From NCBI GenBank assembly GCA_022843095.1, contig JALHOH010000001.1:420001-452000 (forward strand): a stretch of DNA of 32,000 bases, given 5' to 3'. Below, in pieces: positions 30,707 to 32,000 of this stretch. The notes beneath the pieces were generated by a model, which had not been told where the DNA came from, searched no databases, and saw nothing but the letters and a program-made list of their open reading frames with translations. Both the position numbers and the translations under genes were made by a program. Source of the DNA: Candidatus Saccharimonadota bacterium. GTDB taxonomy: Bacteria > Patescibacteriota > Patescibacteriia > 2-12-FULL-60-25. How positions within the stretch are numbered: position 1 is the stretch's first letter; each line of letters begins with the position of its first letter.

Positions 30707-31408
30707 TTAGCCAAACCACGAACGGATTTTTCCAAGGAGTCCCGGTTTTTTAGCCGGAGCGGGCGGGGTCTGCATCACCATGGTGCGTTCGTCTGGACGA
30801 GCGAAGTCCGTAGGGTTTTGGCGTTCAGGCGGACGCTGCATCACAACCGTTCGTTCGCCGGGAGGGCTGTATTCTGCAGGGCCACGTGGGGTGTCGAATG
30901 TGGCGGGGGCCTCATCTTCGATCGGAACGTAGTCTCCTCCGCGATCAAGGCGGTAGCGACGTCCGTCAGAGGCGGTAAAAATTTGTTCGGGCGCATCGGT
31001 AATGGTTTGCGTCATCAGTTCTTTTGCGGGCGCCGGAGGTGCTTCCAGGCGTTGGCCTTTGACACCAACCCCGAGACGGGGTGGGGGAGGTGCGCCAATG
31101 GTTGCACGGATTTTTGTCAGTTCCTCTTCTTGTTTTTTTAGGTCTGCCTGTTGCTGCTTGAGACGTGCGCCGGTCATCTCTGCGACACGGGTTTGGATGT
31201 AGGTATCATAAAATCGTTTTTCCCCGGGTTGTAAAAACTCGTCCAGTTTTCCCTCCAGCCCAAACTGTCGTGCCACGGTGGCGACGCGATTAAACTCCTC
31301 CTGCGTTTTGGCGGGCGCGCGTTGTTGGAGAATTTCTTCATGCGAACTGCGAAGGGGTTGTTCTCCAGCTTCTTGCGCGTGTGCGCTGGCTTCAGGTCGA
31401 TAGGCCAT
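30707..31408 (-). CDS. Hypothetical coiled-coil / Pro-rich protein with a C-terminal amphipathic helix
   Basis: A clean ORF with host-like codon usage. It has a helical N-terminal half (LKQQQADLKKQEEELTKIR), an internal repeat (ERTVVMQRPPER / ERTMVMQTPPAP), and the C-terminus KKPGLLGKIRSWFG. Confidence 0.65.
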   Translation of the reverse strand: MAYRPEASAHAQEAGEQPLRSSHEEILQQRAPAKTQEEFNRVATVARQFGLEGKLDEFLQPGEKRFYDTYIQTRVAEMTGARLKQQQADLKKQEEELTKIRATIGAPPPPRLGVGVKGQRLEAPPAPAKELMTQTITDAPEQIFTASDGRRYRLDRGGDYVPIEDEAPATFDTPRGPAEYSPPGERTVVMQRPPERQNPTDFARPDERTMVMQTPPAPAKKPGLLGKIRSWFG

Positions 31409-31416
31409 ACGGTAAG

Positions 31417-31422
31417 AGTATA
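31417..31422 (-). promoter_or_regulatory. -10 element (TATACT) 8 nt upstream of ATG 31408; predicts a leaderless mRNA
   Basis: The reverse complement of 31417-31422 is TATACT. No convincing -35 was found. Confidence 0.35.
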
Positions 31423-31502
31423 CCCGATTGGATGACTCTGGACAGAATCGGGGATTTTGGTCATCCTGCGAAACGCCCCAGGTGGCAGAAGGAGATGCAA
31501 AG

Positions 31503-31970
31503 ATGGAGACGGCTGATGATAAGGGTATCTTGCGAGAGTATGACCACTTCTTGCTCCGCGTGGCGGAGCGTCAACACACGCTTGGATGTTGTGAAATCGT
31601 CGCGCTCAGGAGCGATGCCTTCCAGCTTCACGAGCTTGGTCATGTAGAACTGTCCGAGCTCGCGCTCGTCCAAAAGCATGTGGTAGAGGTGCTTCGTGCT
31701 GCGGGAGCGTTCAAGCCGGACATCATCCATCACGCCGAGTTCGGCGATGGAACCACGCGCTTCACGCGGCTCATCCTTCCGCGTTATCGGGAGGCGCGAA
31801 ACTTTCCGCCGCGGGAGTGGCGTGATGCGTTGCCGGATCGACCGTTGACGGCTTGGATGGGCTGGCCGGAGGAGCCGTCGGTGATTCAGGCGATCGCCGA
31901 GCGGCTTCGTCCGGGGCTGCCGGCATGGGCACCGCGCGGAAGGAGAAGGGGGTTGATCGATATTGACTGA
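31503..31970 (+). CDS. HIT-like-fold hypothetical protein with a degenerate histidine triad (155 aa)
   Basis: AAGGAG at 31489-31494 lies 8 nt before ATG 31503. ILREYDHFLLRVAERQHTLGCCEIVALR...LHELG..ELSEL..V...V...L...GDGTTRFTRLILPRY parallels the HIT layout, but HxHxH is replaced by RFTRL. A codon-aligned antisense ORF also exists (see rejected). Confidence 0.4.
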   Translation: METADDKGILREYDHFLLRVAERQHTLGCCEIVALRSDAFQLHELGHVELSELALVQKHVVEVLRAAGAFKPDIIHHAEFGDGTTRFTRLILPRYREARNFPPREWRDALPDRPLTAWMGWPEEPSVIQAIAERLRPGLPAWAPRGRRRGLIDID

Positions 31971-32000
31971 GTTGCATCTACACGAGCTCGCGCTGAGTCT

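Noticed and set aside
28552-30735. A 727-aa minus-strand ORF.
   Set aside because: It is exactly antisense to fusA (EF-G), which is unambiguous. It is an Arg/His/Asp-rich shadow ORF.
31461-32000. A minus-strand ORF (90 aa in the track, but the frame is open up to the window edge).
   Set aside because: Its upstream part is Arg/Pro/Ser-rich junk-like sequence, with no start or SD in the window. The plus-strand ORF on the same triplets has an SD, a defined start and stop, and a HIT-like pattern. This is kept as an open ambiguity and is not called.
1-32000. A window-wide check for CRISPR arrays, IS elements or transposases, integrases, rRNA, and alternative genetic codes (UGA recoding).
   Set aside because: No regularly spaced direct repeats or transposase/integrase-like ORFs were seen. 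TGA clearly functions as a stop: ATGA overlaps occur at 2139-2142 and 26178-26181, and TGA stops close dinB, folA and the kinase. Standard code 11 therefore applies.

Overview
This is a 32-kb bacterial window using the standard genetic code: TGA, TAA and TAG all act as stops, and there are several ATGA/TAATG start-stop overlaps. It is G+C-rich and tightly packed, except for an A+T-rich left end (1 to ~1367). All calls come from reading the sequence and ORF translations by eye and matching motifs from memory. No homology search was run.

Contents, left to right:
1. The end of a probable tRNA-integrated genomic island. It carries a 5'-partial PD-(D/E)XK nuclease-like gene and is bounded by a 23-nt tRNA 3' fragment plus an orphan terminator.
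2. A hypothetical gene, then a convergent pair: a 613-aa surface protein (lamin-tail domain, histone-H1-like Lys-rich tract, OB-like folds) and a translationally coupled 49-aa ORF.
3. A compact DNA-damage cassette: lexA, an 83-aa ORF, dinB, a 30-aa transmembrane (TM) peptide and an EndoQ-like nuclease. A perfect GTTC-N7-GTTC direct repeat overlaps the lexA -10.
4. A 34-aa Lys/Ala-rich peptide gene, a class III nucleotidyl cyclase-like gene and an RRM RNA-binding protein.
5. A long minus-strand array: dcd, a dNMP-kinase-like gene, dut, thyA, folA, a tmk-like gene, two paralogous membrane proteins and gatB.
6. secE-nusG-rplK-[unknown 203-aa gene]-rplA. rplA has its own promoter and a leader that resembles the 23S rRNA L1-binding site.
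7. tRNA-Pro(GGG), HU and a LOG-family protein.
8. A SAM methyltransferase, a LuxI/FeeM/OlsB-like N-acyltransferase, and a 7TM-GAF histidine kinase with no response regulator.
9. rpmB, then an M50 protease coupled to a 459-aa polytopic membrane protein.
10. rpsL-rpsG-(terminator)-fusA.
11. A coiled-coil/Pro-rich protein with a C-terminal amphipathic helix, and a HIT-like ORF with a degenerate histidine triad.

Many core genes have sigma70-type promoters only 6-15 nt upstream of the ATG and no Shine-Dalgarno (SD) sequence, so their mRNAs look leaderless or nearly so. No CRISPR array, IS element, rRNA or integrase was seen.

The best candidates for something new are the SOS cassette with its embedded TM peptide and EndoQ, the methyltransferase/acyltransferase/kinase cluster, the candidate DNA-binding surface protein, and the island junction.
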